A stretch of DNA of 64,000 nt, taken from Glycera tridactyla (Eukaryota). Both the position numbers and the translations under genes were made by a program. The stretch lies in the NCBI GenBank assembly GCA_965644265.1, contig OZ286476.1:31372001-31436000 (forward strand). The letters run 5' to 3'. The notes beneath the pieces were generated by a model, which searched no databases, was not told the DNA's origin, and worked only from the letters and a program-made list of their open reading frames with translations. Shown here in pieces: positions 15,001 through 29,900 of this stretch (position 1 is the first letter of the stretch; each line of letters starts with the position of its first letter).

Positions 15001-17870
15001 TGCTCACTCGCAAGTTTCGATGTCAACTTCGCTTTTCACTATATACAGGTTGGTGGGCTTCATGGGACCGAAAATTGCATTCCGTTGTTCGTGTTAGACA
15101 GGTTTCCGCTTAATACAAGTCAATTTTAGTGAAAAAACATTGGGGTATGCGCTTAAGACAGGATTCCGCCTAGCGCAGGATTACTCTCGAGTAGGTTTCA
15201 CTGTATAGTGAAAATTGTGGTGATCTGCCTTCAAATTGAATCTGTCACTTTCTTATCTGATGAATAATTCACTCTCCTATCGGAAGTGTGAATTTGTTCT
15301 TTTCACTCTCCCGAAGTCCAATTCACTCTCCCCGGGATTTGGGAGAGTGGCTAAATTCGAAGACTATTAATGGATGTGCCGATAATTCAGTGAAATGGAC
15401 ACTGGATTGATCATTGTGACTTATCAGGCTCAGTTTCAGTACACAATCATTCTATTCATATCTTAGTGTGATTGTCTTCCAGATCCTACTGACATGCTTT
15501 TATGCTTCACAAAATTACCAATAATGGAGGGAATGATTAAATACAAAACTCACGTCTATCATCTCTAGTGCTCTTCAGTATGTATTCGGGAACTCCCGGT
15601 CCTTCACATTGAAGAATATAGTAGTCGGCCGACTTGCTAAACTTGACGCTGACGTATGTACAGGTCTCAGACAGCTCACACGTGACACACTCGGGTGTGT
15701 TCAACCGGCTCTGACCATCGTCGATCAAACCAACCCTGGAGAGAGAGGATACATGTACATAACGCTACTGGCAAAAATCTAAATATTGATGTAAGGATCT
15801 CAGATTTCAGAAATGTGCAAATAGTAAGTATTTATTTAAATCACTCTCCCAAAAGTAAATTCGCTCTCCCAAATTTGTTCAAAAAGTGCAAATATCAAAT
15901 ATTGATGTAAGGATCTCAGATTTCAGAAATGTGCAAATAGTAAGGATTTATTTAAATCACTCTCCCAAAAGTAAATTCGCTCTCCCAAATTTGTTCAAAA
16001 GGTGCAAGGAAAGCAAGCTCAGACTATAGGTTATCCTGAGAGCAAGACATTTGTGTGAGTAAATGCCTTATCCATCATGTGACCAAGTACACCAGTCCAT
16101 TTTTTGCACAGGTTCATCTTTTAGGATAAAACATGTGCAGGTACAGTATATGCAAAGTCATCCTGCAGGGCATTGGTTTCTTGGTTGTAGAAGTCAAAAC
16201 CGTGATGTTCTGTCTTCACAAAAAATTCATAACTTTCTGATCAACTGAAAAATGTACGTGACGACGCACAACCGCAGTTGTCATAGTTGAGAAAAGATGC
16301 CGGATGGATACGTCTGAAAGCTCCTGCTTTCCAAACTACACTGTGAGTAACGTTTGAATTCTTCAAGATGAAAAATGTATACTCTCACATCGGGAGAGAG
16401 TTTGGTTTTTTTCTCTCTTCCAAAACCAAATTCACTCTCCCCAGCATTCGGAAAGTATCTAAATTCGACGACTGGTGAATGATCACTCACCTGAAGAGAT
16501 GACGATGGCGCGGATCTCGGTCAGTACTAATATAGTATCTGAAACAGATCACATTATAAATGTCATAGAGGTTCAACCAAATCTGCTGATGACACCTTGA
16601 AGAAATGCAGACTCTTGCCACTCACAGTGGTAGTATACAAAGTTGAAGATACAAGCTTCTTTTTAAGTCAGTATCGACAAGGAGAGAAACAGTTGACATC
16701 CAATCATGGTGGTCATTTGAAAATCAGTGGAAACGAGGCTTCTCATCAAGATAGTTGATGATGATATTGGAAAAATGATTACTCTAGTACTCCTTTCATC
16801 ATGTGCATCACATTCATTCCGGTGTTAGCTAAGGACCCCCCCTTTTTTTATCACCTTTAACACTAGATGCACTCAGTGAGTGTAAATGCCTCGCACTCAC
16901 TGAGTGTGAATGCCTCGCTGATTGCATGCTTGTCACAGGAAGAGTAAATGAGGGGAGTGAAATATATGAACAAAACTAATACATTGCCACACTCAATGAC
17001 CTTGAAAGTCAAGATGGCCACTCTAAAATATATTGGTGTCTTGCCATATCCTGGGAGAGTCATTACACCATGAATGAGAGGGCTAGCCATCAAAATTTTG
17101 AAGTTTTTGTCCGGAAAGCGTCTTGACCTTTTTGAACTCAGTGACCTTGCCGTGCCATAGCCAAGGAGTGTAAGTTTTTACCCCCCCCCCCCCCCCCCCC
17201 CCTCCTGCGAGAAAGAGAAGTTGCTGACCAGCTTTGAAAACCCCGGATGTTTCAATTTCCTGTCGTTCTAACCCAGCAAGGAGGCCAGATGCCACATGGA
17301 TGAAGATGCCGCTCGATATTTCTGTTGTTTTGGGTGAATATTTAAGGGAATTTCTGGATTTATGCATGGATACCACACAATTTCATGCCCAGAAATTCAT
17401 TCGTATGATCGTTTGAATTGTGAGTTGGATATATCTTGGGTTATTCATTGCGGCAACAACGTGCCTGAAAACTCACGATTGACAAGTCAAAGTGAGAGTG
17501 GTTATATGCAGAAGCTGCTCTTTATTTGGCAAATATTCGTTGTATACTCGTAGGTTTTTTGTTTTTTCTTCTAAATGACACAAGTAGAACCTGGAGAATA
17601 CATTTATAGAGAGTTTCTTTGATATTTCACTAGCCACCGGCATTTGTTCGTCAAAATACCCGATTCCGCAGGTATATGGCACAAATGCAAAACTTACATA
17701 TCTTTCGTGGCTGTATCATAAGCGAGTAAGTTGGTCACATCCCAAGTTCCCTGAGTGAGGTAGGTTCTTGTACCTGTAGTACCAACCTGCAAGAAAAGGA
17801 AACATATCTTTTAAGAATTTATAAATCAATCGCATTTTCAATCGACTCACTGCTGCAGACTATGGATTGC

Positions 17871-17920
<50 letters not shown>

Positions 17921-20900
17921 AAGTATTGTTCAACATCCTCTCGGCACCACATGGGTCATTTCAGACTGCAATTCTATTCTACTATGGAATTACTCTTTTA
18001 TACAAATTATTGTATTCAGGAAGTAATGAGTGGGAATGAATACATGATTGAAAAAAATGTATCATTGATTTGTTTTGTCTTTAGCTTTTTGGGGGGAACT
18101 TTTTATTCAATTATGCCAGACTGGAAGTACTGGTAGGTCGTGGCTTCCTCTAAATATCAAGATGTTTGGTTGGTTCTGGATTAACATCACATCAGCACCA
18201 CAAAAGTTATTCCCATGCAATGGGCGTGGGTGGGAGTACGGAAGACTTCCCATTCCAGATCATTATCGAAATGTGGAATGATATGAAATTCACCAACTCA
18301 AGATCTCATTTCAGATAGAGGAATTCTCCAGCCATCATCTTTGTTTCTTAGTTATAAGAGTTAGCAATGTACTGTTATGGGAGACCACTCCCATGGGGCA
18401 GCTTTCTTATCCTAAATGATCTGCATAATTAATTGAAAAGTGCCAAAATGATACAGACAATTCCATAATACTCCAAAACAGACACANNNNNNNNNNNNNN
18501 NNNNNNNNNNNNNNNNNNNNNNNNNNNNNNNNNNNNNNNNNNNNNNNNNNNNNNNNNNNNNNNNNNNNNNNNNNNNNNNNNNNNNNNNNNNNNNNNNNNN
18601 NNNNNNNNNNNNNNNNNNNNNNNNNNNNNNNNNNNNNNNNNNNNNNNNNNNNNNNNNNNNNNNNNNNNNNNNNNNNNNNNNNNNNNNNNNNNNNGGTATC
18701 AATGATGAATTAATTTGGACCACTTATATAAGACAAGATTGGCATTGGGATATTTATCAAAATGAATGAAAATGATAAAGTTAACAGTTTGAGTATACAT
18801 GTATACATATATGTATGTACAAGATATGTGGTTAATTGGTGGGATAGAATCATAAGGCAAGAGGGCAGGGAACAAGGAAGGGTGTCAAGTTGGAGGTTTA
18901 AGGTTTGAACCAGGGAACCCCAATCTGCTACCCTGTGCTAAAAGACACATAAAGTAGGAATAGGGCACATACAACTATATATGATGTACCAACAAGTCAC
19001 ATGCATTCACTCGTGCGTGGGAGAAAGCCTAATTTACTTTACTTCACACACAAATTTCTTGCTCTACTTGGAGCTTGTTTTCCTTGCACTTTCTGAACAA
19101 ATTCGGGAGAGTGAATTTGTTTTCAGGAGAGTGATTTTTCCAGTTAGCTCTCCCGACGTGAGAGTGATTGGAAAAGGTTTTCGTGAAGACTGTTGCAAAT
19201 TTGTATATATTTTCTTAGGAGTATGAATGAATATTATCAAATTGTGTTGTAAAGTACTTTGATGAAATTATCTGAGACAGGGGAGGCTTCTTCAACACGT
19301 CCGACTAGCATGACATCATGGCGGTGTTTTGCCAAGGTCAAAAATGATAGTAACTGGTGAGCATTGCCCTGGTAGCGTCCAAACAACATAAAAATATGTA
19401 AACAACCGGAATTAAACTGGCTGATACCTTCACGGAAAAAGGCAGTAGTTTCGTCATTGATCAAACTTGGGAAAGAACACTGATTATCAAATCGACTGAT
19501 TGATTGGTTGGGGAGTTCAACAAATTATCAATGTAAAGGGTTATATATATGCCATGTGCTCACGACCTATGAAAACCGCATGCCTAAGTAAGGTAGATGC
19601 ATATTAAACAAGAGTTCTCTATTTCTTAAAACATATCCTGATCAGGGGACAACTGATATAAAGGAGGAATGAAGGATTAATAAGTTATCATCCATAAATT
19701 GAGGAGGATATACAGACTGAATTTCACCCTTGTAATGGAGGGTGAAATAGAGGAGGGTTAGAATAGACGAATAAAAGAAGTACTCGTTTCCTGAAACGCA
19801 ACTTCATTAGGTAGAGGGATGAAAGGGCAGTTCAGGACTTATCAAACGAAAATATTAACATTCCTTATAAACAGTAACATCTTGAGTAGTAGGCTGTGAC
19901 ATAAAGAAGGGTTAAGCCGCGAAAACAAACTCATCAGTTTTTTGTTGTCAGAATTCGGATCAGAATTTCAACAGCCATTTTGGGATTCTGATGAGGGTAA
20001 ACACTTGTGTTGCAATAATTATCCAATCATATTGATTATTGCATCGTTGAGAGGTCTGATTCGATTAATCGATCATACAAATTGACAATCGATTAAATTA
20101 TTTTCCTTGATTACTGATGCCAGCTTATGATTTTGCTGCAAAAATTGGGTATTTTGAGGACAGTCAGTGGAGTATAAACTCCGATTATATGATCGATAAT
20201 CAATCGCTGCTGAGTCTGATTAATCGATCATCACTTTAGCAACCGAGTCTGAGCACTAGTAAACACACCATGTCAATTTTTCTCTGTCCATACTGCAACT
20301 GACTCAGTAGTGTTGGCTCACAACTGCCTCATAGTTTTAATCATTCAGATTTGAATGCAGATTCAGTTTCAAATATGTTTGGTCAGATTCGGTTCAGAAA
20401 TATGTGAGTGAATTTTTCACATCAGGATTCTTTTCTGAATCCTGACCATGAAAATTTGACAGGTATCTCTGCAGCTTGTTTGGTAATGTAATTTCATTTC
20501 CTATATCACATCCTGTGAGCTGAAGAAATATATTAAAAAAAAATGAAATGACACAAATTTTGATACTGGGAGAAATGCTGCAGAATGCTCCTCTACCCAC
20601 ATCACTGAAAGTACCACAGGATCTGCATATGGTACACACAACACTTGTTCGCTTGTTTGACTGTTTCAACTGACCTCGGCTCAGCACCACTATAAGAAAC
20701 TGATGGTTCTTATCTTCTATTGATGGGCGACAGGCCTAATCTTGGCGAGACGCAACCCTCTGCCTGTGACTGAATTTTGAACCCCGCTTTTACACGCTTG
20801 CATTTGTGTGTATGCTGAGGAAGGGTATCAGTGTAGCTTTTTTGCAGTCATTTATTATAGCGCCACCGATGACTTAAGACTGAATAGCATGATAGCATTC

Positions 20901-23900
20901 TCCAGACAAGGAATGTTCCTGCGGATATGTATTGGATGCAACAACAAATAAAGACCAGAATCCTGCAGTGATTTCAACACAGATTTGATAATGATTAGAA
21001 TCAGAATTATAAGTCAGAATTTCATCAAAATGAAAGAAATCAACAGCTCGTTAATTATTGAAAATCAGGTCAGTAATTACTACAAATGTATATTGATAAT
21101 GTTGATAATACTGATAATAATAATGATACTTGCCGTCACCATGGGTATTAATATATATTCAAACATGTTTTAAGCATGAATTGTACAAAGCAAAAGCTCG
21201 CCTCGGTTATCAACCCTTGTAAATTCTTCACTGAATAATTTCATTTGACGGGATGAATTAAAGATAGGAAAGTTCTCCATACATAGCAAACTACTTTGAC
21301 ACTCATATTGACAGTTTTGATGTTTGTTTGTTTGTTTGTTTGTTTGAGATTTAACGGCATATATCAAGCCACAGGATTATGCCTGCCATGTGTTCCTCAT
21401 CAATGAAAGATAGATAATCTCTCCCCTGCAGACATCACTCTCACAACCCCTGAAGACAAGATGATGGGGACCTGAAAGGTTGTCAACTGGAAGTAGCTGA
21501 CGGTTCAGACAAACCTCTGACTACAGCATACTAACTCCCACACTCAAGGGATGGGGTTGACATCTATACAAACTATGCTACATTCCACCAGATGGCGTAG
21601 CAGTCCAGAGGAAGACGGTCAACACATCATAAAACTGTCTATATAGTGTCAAAATATTGGCTTTGTATAGAGAAAGTGGCTATCTTATACATCCTGCCAG
21701 GATATTTGGTGGAATGCCACCGATTGCTCATATAAACCACAAACTTGCTCTCAGTGGGTTCATCATTTCCCTCAACTCCGTGCTTAGAACATGTTTGATT
21801 GTAGATTCAAACAGAAATATTGGTGTGGGACTGGACTAGTTGGTCTCTGGGACTGACACTGTATGGCGGTAAAAATACATAAAGCAACAATTCAATTTCA
21901 TCTTCTCCGGTTCTCTGCCAAGATCACTTGAGAATCTTTTGGCACCAGGCCCAAATCCGACTCTATGTATGACAATTGTCTACGATCTGAGATTTGGCCG
22001 ATGAGCCGAGGGTCTCCCAGTGATGCATTCATCCGTATGACCTTGAATCATCACCTTTTTGAATGTCTTACAGTATTGTCCACAATTTTACATGATTTTG
22101 AATGACTTACAGTATTGTCAATAATTTTACATGATTTTGATTGACATACAGTATTGTCAACAATTTTACATGATTTTGTTCAGTGGGATCAATAATGCAT
22201 GTACTGGAACGGTCGATTACTCAGAATTTCAGAGCAACTTGGCATTGGCCATGGGCTTCTGTCCAGTATCCAGTATGCACTGAATAGGAGTTATGCCACT
22301 GACATACAGACAATTGATGCTTTTGGAATTTATAGCTTACATTTCTCATCCATCGGCTTCTGTTTGTTTTCCGTATAACAAGCAATGACTTTTTCGGAGT
22401 AATAAATTGAACTTTGCCAGCTGGTACTCACCATGTATCAATATTACTTGATTTCAATGATGAAGCATATCAAGATAGGATAGCTTCTCACAGGAGAAAT
22501 CTTGGCCTAGCTTCACTATTATAATATAGGGATTCTTATTCCCACTCCTTGGATAGCAAAAGCAAATCTTGTCATGTTAGATGAAATTTTAATTCAAGCA
22601 TCTTACGATTGTGACCAATCCCAGAGACCAAACAATTTCCCACCAACTTTGCAATAGATTTACATACCACTGTCTGGGAGGCATTGTCCCAAGTCATGTT
22701 CTATATAAAAACACACAGTCATCACACACAATTTCACAAAATACCAAATGACAATACATTCGTTTAAACATTAAGAGCAGTAATTCTCTGAAACACACTA
22801 TAGTCTCTGCTGTATAAATGATCACGACACTTTTGAAGCAACTTAAGCCGGCCTTTTCAGACAGGGTCAACTGTAGTTCTAAACAAACTGATATGGATAG
22901 AACTTAGAGATCGAACAGAGAAAGCACATGCTTAAAAGATGAACTTGTTCATTACAGAGTTATGAAGTCAATGAAACTTCAATGTGCAGAGAATTGTTTC
23001 CTAGTTCATCTCTGCCCAGGGCATTGACATGGCTGAAAGGGATCAGGCTGTTTGTTCTGTTTTTTCCGTTTGAGGTTTATCGGCAGGTATCAACCCTAGG
23101 GTTATGTATGCCGCGTGTTCCTGATTTACGAGAGCTAGATGTTCTCTCCCCTGGAGACATCACTCTCACAAACCATGAACACAAGATGATGGGGAATCTG
23201 AAAGGTTGTCAAGTGGAAGTAGTAGATAGTTCAGACACACATCTACCAACTATACCAAGGGATCAGAATCCACAGTCAGTTTGATACACTTGCTATGAAG
23301 CACTCAATGGAGATTTGACAAACGCTTCCCTTGTTACCGAAATGAAAACACTGCATGCTAATTGGGATCGGATATGAGACAGCAGAAACATAGTGTGTTT
23401 CATTATACGGATCATTTTTATCAAATTGCAAATACAAACTACATAAAATAAAACAAACAAATGACACATAAGAAGCGATTATACGTGCCAATTCTCTCAC
23501 TCAAAAAGCTAAGACAAGCAACACCCTTTATGACAGATATCCTATCAATGAATCATAGCAATGAAAAAATATCCCTTGTTTACTAGTTTTGCACTATCCA
23601 TTTTGATGGCTCAGCGCAAAACTAGGCAAACTCCTTATATATTCATAGGAAGTTTGAATCAGTTATTTAATCTATAGCAATAACCTGAAACATCTATCAT
23701 TTTGTTACAGAAATTCCTTCATAGTCCGGCAGTGAAGAGGCCATTTTTGGCCTAACCCAAAATTCTCTGATAAAATTTTTTTCTCTGCTGATTACTCATG
23801 TCTGGGACCCATATAGATATATCCAGGTGCAATGGGCAATTTGAAATATGAACAAATTCAAAATGGCCGCCAATCAAATGATCAAAATTTCCGTATGAAA

Positions 23901-26900
23901 TGCAAGATGGCCTCGTGGCCCACCCACCTTGATGTGTCTATATGGGCCCAGACATGAATAATCGGAAGGGAAAACCTTAATCAGAGAATTTTGGGTTAGG
24001 CCTCTATTCTGCGGGACTATCAACATACAGCATGAATCATCACTAAGCAGAGTGTTCTATCCCGACCCTTGGCTCCATGTATGAACAAGTTTGGCTGTGA
24101 TGTAATCACTGCTCCCAAAGCTATAATAAATCCGAAAATGAAGGATGATTTGTCATGTTCGAAAAGCATGCTTCAAATATTGAATCTGAATGTCCAAAAA
24201 CTTGAAAAATATACTGCTTCAATAATGTTTCATTAAACCGAGAGAAAAAACTTTGGATAACATCACAAATTTCCAATTAGGAAATTATCTTTCATATTGG
24301 CACTGAAAGAAATCTTGGAGTTCAAAACTACCACGTCATTTTTTAAAAATACTGTGAATGTGTGGCTAATAAAAGAAAGGAAAACATTTGCACTTCTATC
24401 TCATGTGTACAACACTCGGTGAAAAAGAAGCTCAAATCGTACTGAGCACAAGAAACACATCTAAAGATGAACAACTCCAAAAAGCGTGGATATCAAAGCA
24501 TCTGCCTGATAATTATTTGCATCCCATGAAAAAAAACACAACAAAAATTAATGTGCCAAACTGAAAGCCTCAGCATATAGCAAAAAATCTGGCATGATGA
24601 CCCCCCTTCAAAATATGATTTTTTTCATTGCAAGAGATGGTACAATAATTGGAAGATAGTTGGTTAGGGCCAACGAATGTTCTGAATATGTGATTTTCCT
24701 GGATAAATCAAACATGAAATGACTTAAAATATAATCGTGGTTTCTAACCTGTAAATGAGAAGCACTTTTAGTCAAGCCACACACCTGCTTGCATTATTGT
24801 TTTAACAAGCTGACACTTCATTTACAGGACTTGAAAACTTCGACACAACATGGACAAATCGGAAGCAATGCAAGGATGCACTGGATGGAAGTTATAGAAG
24901 GAGTGCGAACTCACCGGTGTAGTAATCATGGCGATATGTCTCCAGAACCCGTGGTTGCCATCTTGCTCTGGAAGTAGCATCAGATAGCGGTCTCGCTTTT
25001 CGATGAACAACGGTTTTGACTGAAAGACAAGATATTGCAACCTGATTGTACGAGATGTCAAGAGGAGACTAGAATGGTTTTAATATTTTTTCTCAAAAAT
25101 AATTCACTACTTTAATTGACTTCCACTGCCTGTCAGCTGTCTTCCTTGAAACTATGGCATAACAGTCATGTACCACTTGAATTTCAGCTGGGAGACACAT
25201 GTAGGGAAAATGGTCTGGTCCCTCAAGTTGCGCTACCATCGGACCATCTCTCATTGCCAAATATCAATGATCACATAAGAAGTAGATGAGACTGTATTCA
25301 AAACCGTGTATGTAGTCGAACTTGGCTCTACTGGAAGGCCACATTGAAAAAGTCATTGATTCCAGAGACAAGGTGCATAGGGAGTCAATCTGTGCCAGAA
25401 ACATAGTGCACCAATCTTCTGGCGCCGATTTTAGCCAAAATTGGATAGATAATAACTTGACATACCACATTCTTCCTAATTAGCACACCGAGGTGCTTGC
25501 TAATTGATAAAGGGCAGTTATTTGTTCAATATGTCAAAAATCGGTGTTGGGTGATAATGGGGTATTTTGGTGAGCAAACGACAGTGGCCCGTGATATATC
25601 AAGTAACATTCGATAAATGTAATCCTCAGGTTCTGTGTGTTGAATAGCACCATAATTGAAGAAACTGTGAGGATATGACAAATATTCGCCGAATAAACAG
25701 CGGCGTCTGCATAACTAATCTGACTTTGACTAGTCAATCGTGAGTTTTCAGGCACATCGTTGCCGCAATAAATACCAAAGAAATATCAAACTCACATTGA
25801 AAACGATCGTACAAATGAATTTCTTGGCATCGAATAGTGATCATGAAAATGAATTTCTTGGTATCCATGCATAAATCTCGAAAGTCTGTCGAATATTCGC
25901 CAAAAACAACGGAAATATCGAGCGGCATCTTCAACCACTTGCACCGCCATGTTGGATCTGGCCTACTTGTTATCGAATAGGAGAACCTGTTTTTTTCTTC
26001 TGTCAGCTCCCTTGAAGAGATTCTAGGCAACAAAATGAGATTTGCTGGAGTTGTTACTGTACTTACCAGCTCCACCCATCCACGACCTTCGTGAATATTC
26101 TCAATTTGGTTCTACAAAAACAAAATGAGGATGAGTTAGATTCATGTATTATTCGACATATCAAAGACAGTTCTATGAGGTGTAGCATCAAATTTTCACA
26201 CTTTATCAGTCACATTTGATAATTAGGATGACTTATCAATTGGAATAAATCATTATGATTGCCAAAACACACTCAGAATTTGTAGACAAGTTTTCACATC
26301 GGAATTAAATCACACATTCACAGAGATATCTATGTCCGTTATCTGAACAGGAAATGAATCAGCTAACGGTAGGTGCCATTTTGTGTCAATATGGTGGAAA
26401 TTGCTGGAACTAAATTCTGTTACCCTCAATTGACATACTTACGATATGGCAGTTGCCTGGTATAAGTCACAGAGATATCTATATTCATTATCAGGAGAGG
26501 AAGTGAATCAGCTCACGGGAAGTGCAACCTTGTGTCAATATGGTGAAATACTCTAGTGGAAAGTTCTGGAACTAAATTCCGTTACCCTCAATTGACATAC
26601 TCACAATATGGCAGTTGCCTGGTATAAGTCACAGAGATATCTATATTCATTATCGGAAGAGGAAGTGAATCAGCTCACGGGAAGTGCAACCTTGTGTCAA
26701 TATGGTGAAATACTCTGGTGGAAAGTTCTGGAACTAAATTCCGGTACCCTTAATCGTAGTACTCACAATATGGCAGTCCCCTGTATCTGCTAAACACATG
26801 GTAATGATGGAGCGGTTCTGAGATCGATTCAGCCAAGCTATCAACAGATGCTTATCGTCCTGCCAGGCAACATGCGTAAAATAATGATCGCTGCAAGAAA

Positions 26901-29900
26901 AAACCAGTACACATTCAGGAATTTTGGACAGATCAACAATTAATGAAACTTGTGGTGCCCTAAATGCAGTTAAACCTCTCTATAAAGACTGCCCTCGGTC
27001 GCATCAAAAAGTGGCTTTAATATGGAGGTGCTCTTTATAGAGAGGTCATTTACTGTTGAAAATACAACAATGGTTGCAGCTAAGGGTGGCCTATATAAAG
27101 AGGTGCTCTTTATAGAGGAGGTTTGACTATGCCACCAAAAGTTGTCTAGGAAAAGAGGTGGTCTCTTATTGGAGGTATATTTGACTATGTTAAGTAGGAA
27201 AGCTGCCCTGACAAATTAAGCATTCTCCAATCAGAGGTGGTCTCTCATGAGGGGGTCTCCCATCAAAGGTTTTGCTGGAGGTACTTATCCTAAGCAAGAC
27301 TTGTTCTAAGCATACAGTACAGTGAAACCTGTCTTGGAAGACCCCTCTTTTGGGAGACTACCTTCTAATGGGAGACCACTCTTCATCGGCTCTTCTGAAT
27401 TTGACATAGTCAAATATACCTCCAATGAGAGACCACCTGTCTTGAGAGACCACTTTTTGTTGGCATTTGGGGCGGTCTCCCAAGACAGGTTTTACTGTAT
27501 TTTGGCTTCTCAAAGCTTCAAGTTTGACTGTATTTTCATATAAGTGTGATCTACTACCACCAAACAAAATGAAGTAAAATAGAACCTCTCTATAAAGACT
27601 GCCTATGGTCGCATCAAAAAGTGGCCTTCATAGGAAGGTGGTCTGTATAGAGGTCATTTACTGTTGCAAATCCTACCACCTCGCAGCTAAGGGCAGCCTT
27701 TATAGAGAGGTGGTCTTTGGAGGAGGTTCGACTGTATTGTGTTGCTATCATATTGTGAGAATAAGTTGGATACTTACACGCCTAGCCCGGCTGGAGGCCG
27801 GATGGACTTTTGAGCAGCACCAGTATTTGGCTCGACAATATACAGGGTGAATTTGGGGTTGACATTATCTAGGATATCTCCAGCCTGTAAAAGGGTGAAC
27901 ATTGGACACATCATAAGAGTATAGCAAGACTATATGGCCGTGGAGTGAAAACGCAATACCAAACAAGGTGTGAATTTCACCAGATGTCACGAGGCCGAAG
28001 GCCGAGTGATATCTGGAGAAATTCACACCAAGTTTGGTACAGTATTGTGTTTTCACCTCATGGTCATTTAGTCCTGCTTTTATCACATGGATTATGGGAT
28101 AAATCATTGAAAAGTGGTTCTTGCTCAGCTGTGAAGTATCACATGCAATACTTGACACCTGACACTTCACTGAAAATGGCACATCCATGTGATAAAAATA
28201 TAAAACATGTACTGGTATAATTCATTACTTGGATGCAGTGTCTAAACAACCCATTTTGAAAGATTTTGTGAGAAAAATGCCCCCTTTTCACAAACTTTAG
28301 GGGGCAAATGCCCCCAATTCTGGAAATCCTGGATGCGCCCCTGCACTGTGTGTTCTGCCTTATCGAGATAGAGGCTAGCCAGCTCTCCTGGATTGAAACC
28401 ACATGGTATGGCGTATGTTATGGAATTTTTCTCCCACAGTATAGTAAATGGGAGATCGATCAAATGAGTAAAAGCATTATCATACACAGATCAGTCGCTC
28501 ATACATATCATCCACAACTCTTATCGCATCATAACATAAAGACCTACCTTTGGATATGCAATTTCAGCTGTATTTCCATAGATGTCAGTTCCCGGGCCAT
28601 AGAATGGGAATTTATACAGTGGAACTTGTGTATCGTCAAACTGGGCATAACAGAGGTAGGTGCCTTTCCCCGACCACCAATGAGCTATGTGCGTGTGTAG
28701 AATCTCCTCTGCAAAGGAAAAATGTGGAATAGTTTATTGTACAATATACTCAATGAGATACACATGCGGAATAGTTGATTGTACAATACACTCGATGAGA
28801 TACACATATGCAGAATGAAATACAGTATCTTTTTAACATGGAGATCAATTGTCCCCAACGAATAATTTTTAACAAGCTGCTCCAAGGAGCGATATGTCAC
28901 GCCTGCAAGAGCATGTATTTGTCGTCCTATTTCCTATTCTACCAGCCTCGCAAATGATACAAGTAATGAACAGCAGGACAAATAATGGCTGCAGATTTGT
29001 GAGTGATATCAGGGGATTTCCCGCTATAGAGTATTTCAAGCCAACAAACTTATATCGTATTTAAATTTGGTTGACTGGTTGGTTGGTTGTTTTACATCCA
29101 ATCTGGACTATATGGAGACTCCCATGCAATGGACATGGGTGGAGGCCATTCAAAACTCCTACTTCAGCAGGGACGCATCCAGAAATTCCTGAATTGGGGG
29201 CATTTGCCCCCTAGAGTATGAGAAAAGGGGGGCCTTTCACCACAAAATTCCTCAAAATGGGTTCGCTCAATATAGAATAAGTGCAGTCCTCTTGCTGATT
29301 TGGGGCGCATTTTGGCCCCTAATTGCCTTGAAACAGGGCCCACATTCAACAAATTGTGTGAAATGCCTTCCTGCCCCTCTGGATGCAATCTTGCTCCAGG
29401 GTCCCATACAGAAGGTGAAAATTCAAGAAATTCACTGACACTCAAAATGTCAAAAATGTTTATCAGTTCACCAGGCCTCTGCTCGGCTGTCTTTAGCTAA
29501 TAGACATTACAGAAACCTAATTATTAAATCTTTTTACAAGAGATCAAATGTCTTAACTTAAGGAACCACGTTCTTTTGTAATTCAGGGTGGTCTTTCACT
29601 TATAATTTTGCTGTGAAAAGTTGATACTGATGATCAACGGTCCATTGATGGAAGTGGAGGTGGAATCGGCACCAGGAAGAAGAAATAATTTGTCATAAAA
29701 ATAATTGCTTCATCGTGCCAGCATAGCCCGGGTAGCATAAATCAGTGGGTAGCCCCAGAGACTGCTGTCAACACGAGAACAACTGCGGCCAACTACCGCA
29801 GATATTTTTACTACATACCCAATATTTTTTATGCAAAAAATACCAGCAGTGCAAAATATACTAAATGTTCTTTAGGGCCTCCAAGATCTATGCATGTTGA

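Noticed and set aside
14690-15097. Plus-strand ORF with exon-like ttgcag...AG|gttggt borders (possible nested gene)
   Set aside because: From ~14990 the sequence aligns to MITE family B, so the donor lies in a repeat. There is no recognisable protein and no partner exons.
9681-18694. N gaps at ~9681-9836 and ~18487-18694 possibly hiding DPP exons
   Set aside because: Flanking exons join in frame and the protein aligns continuously with the DPP4-family motif order.
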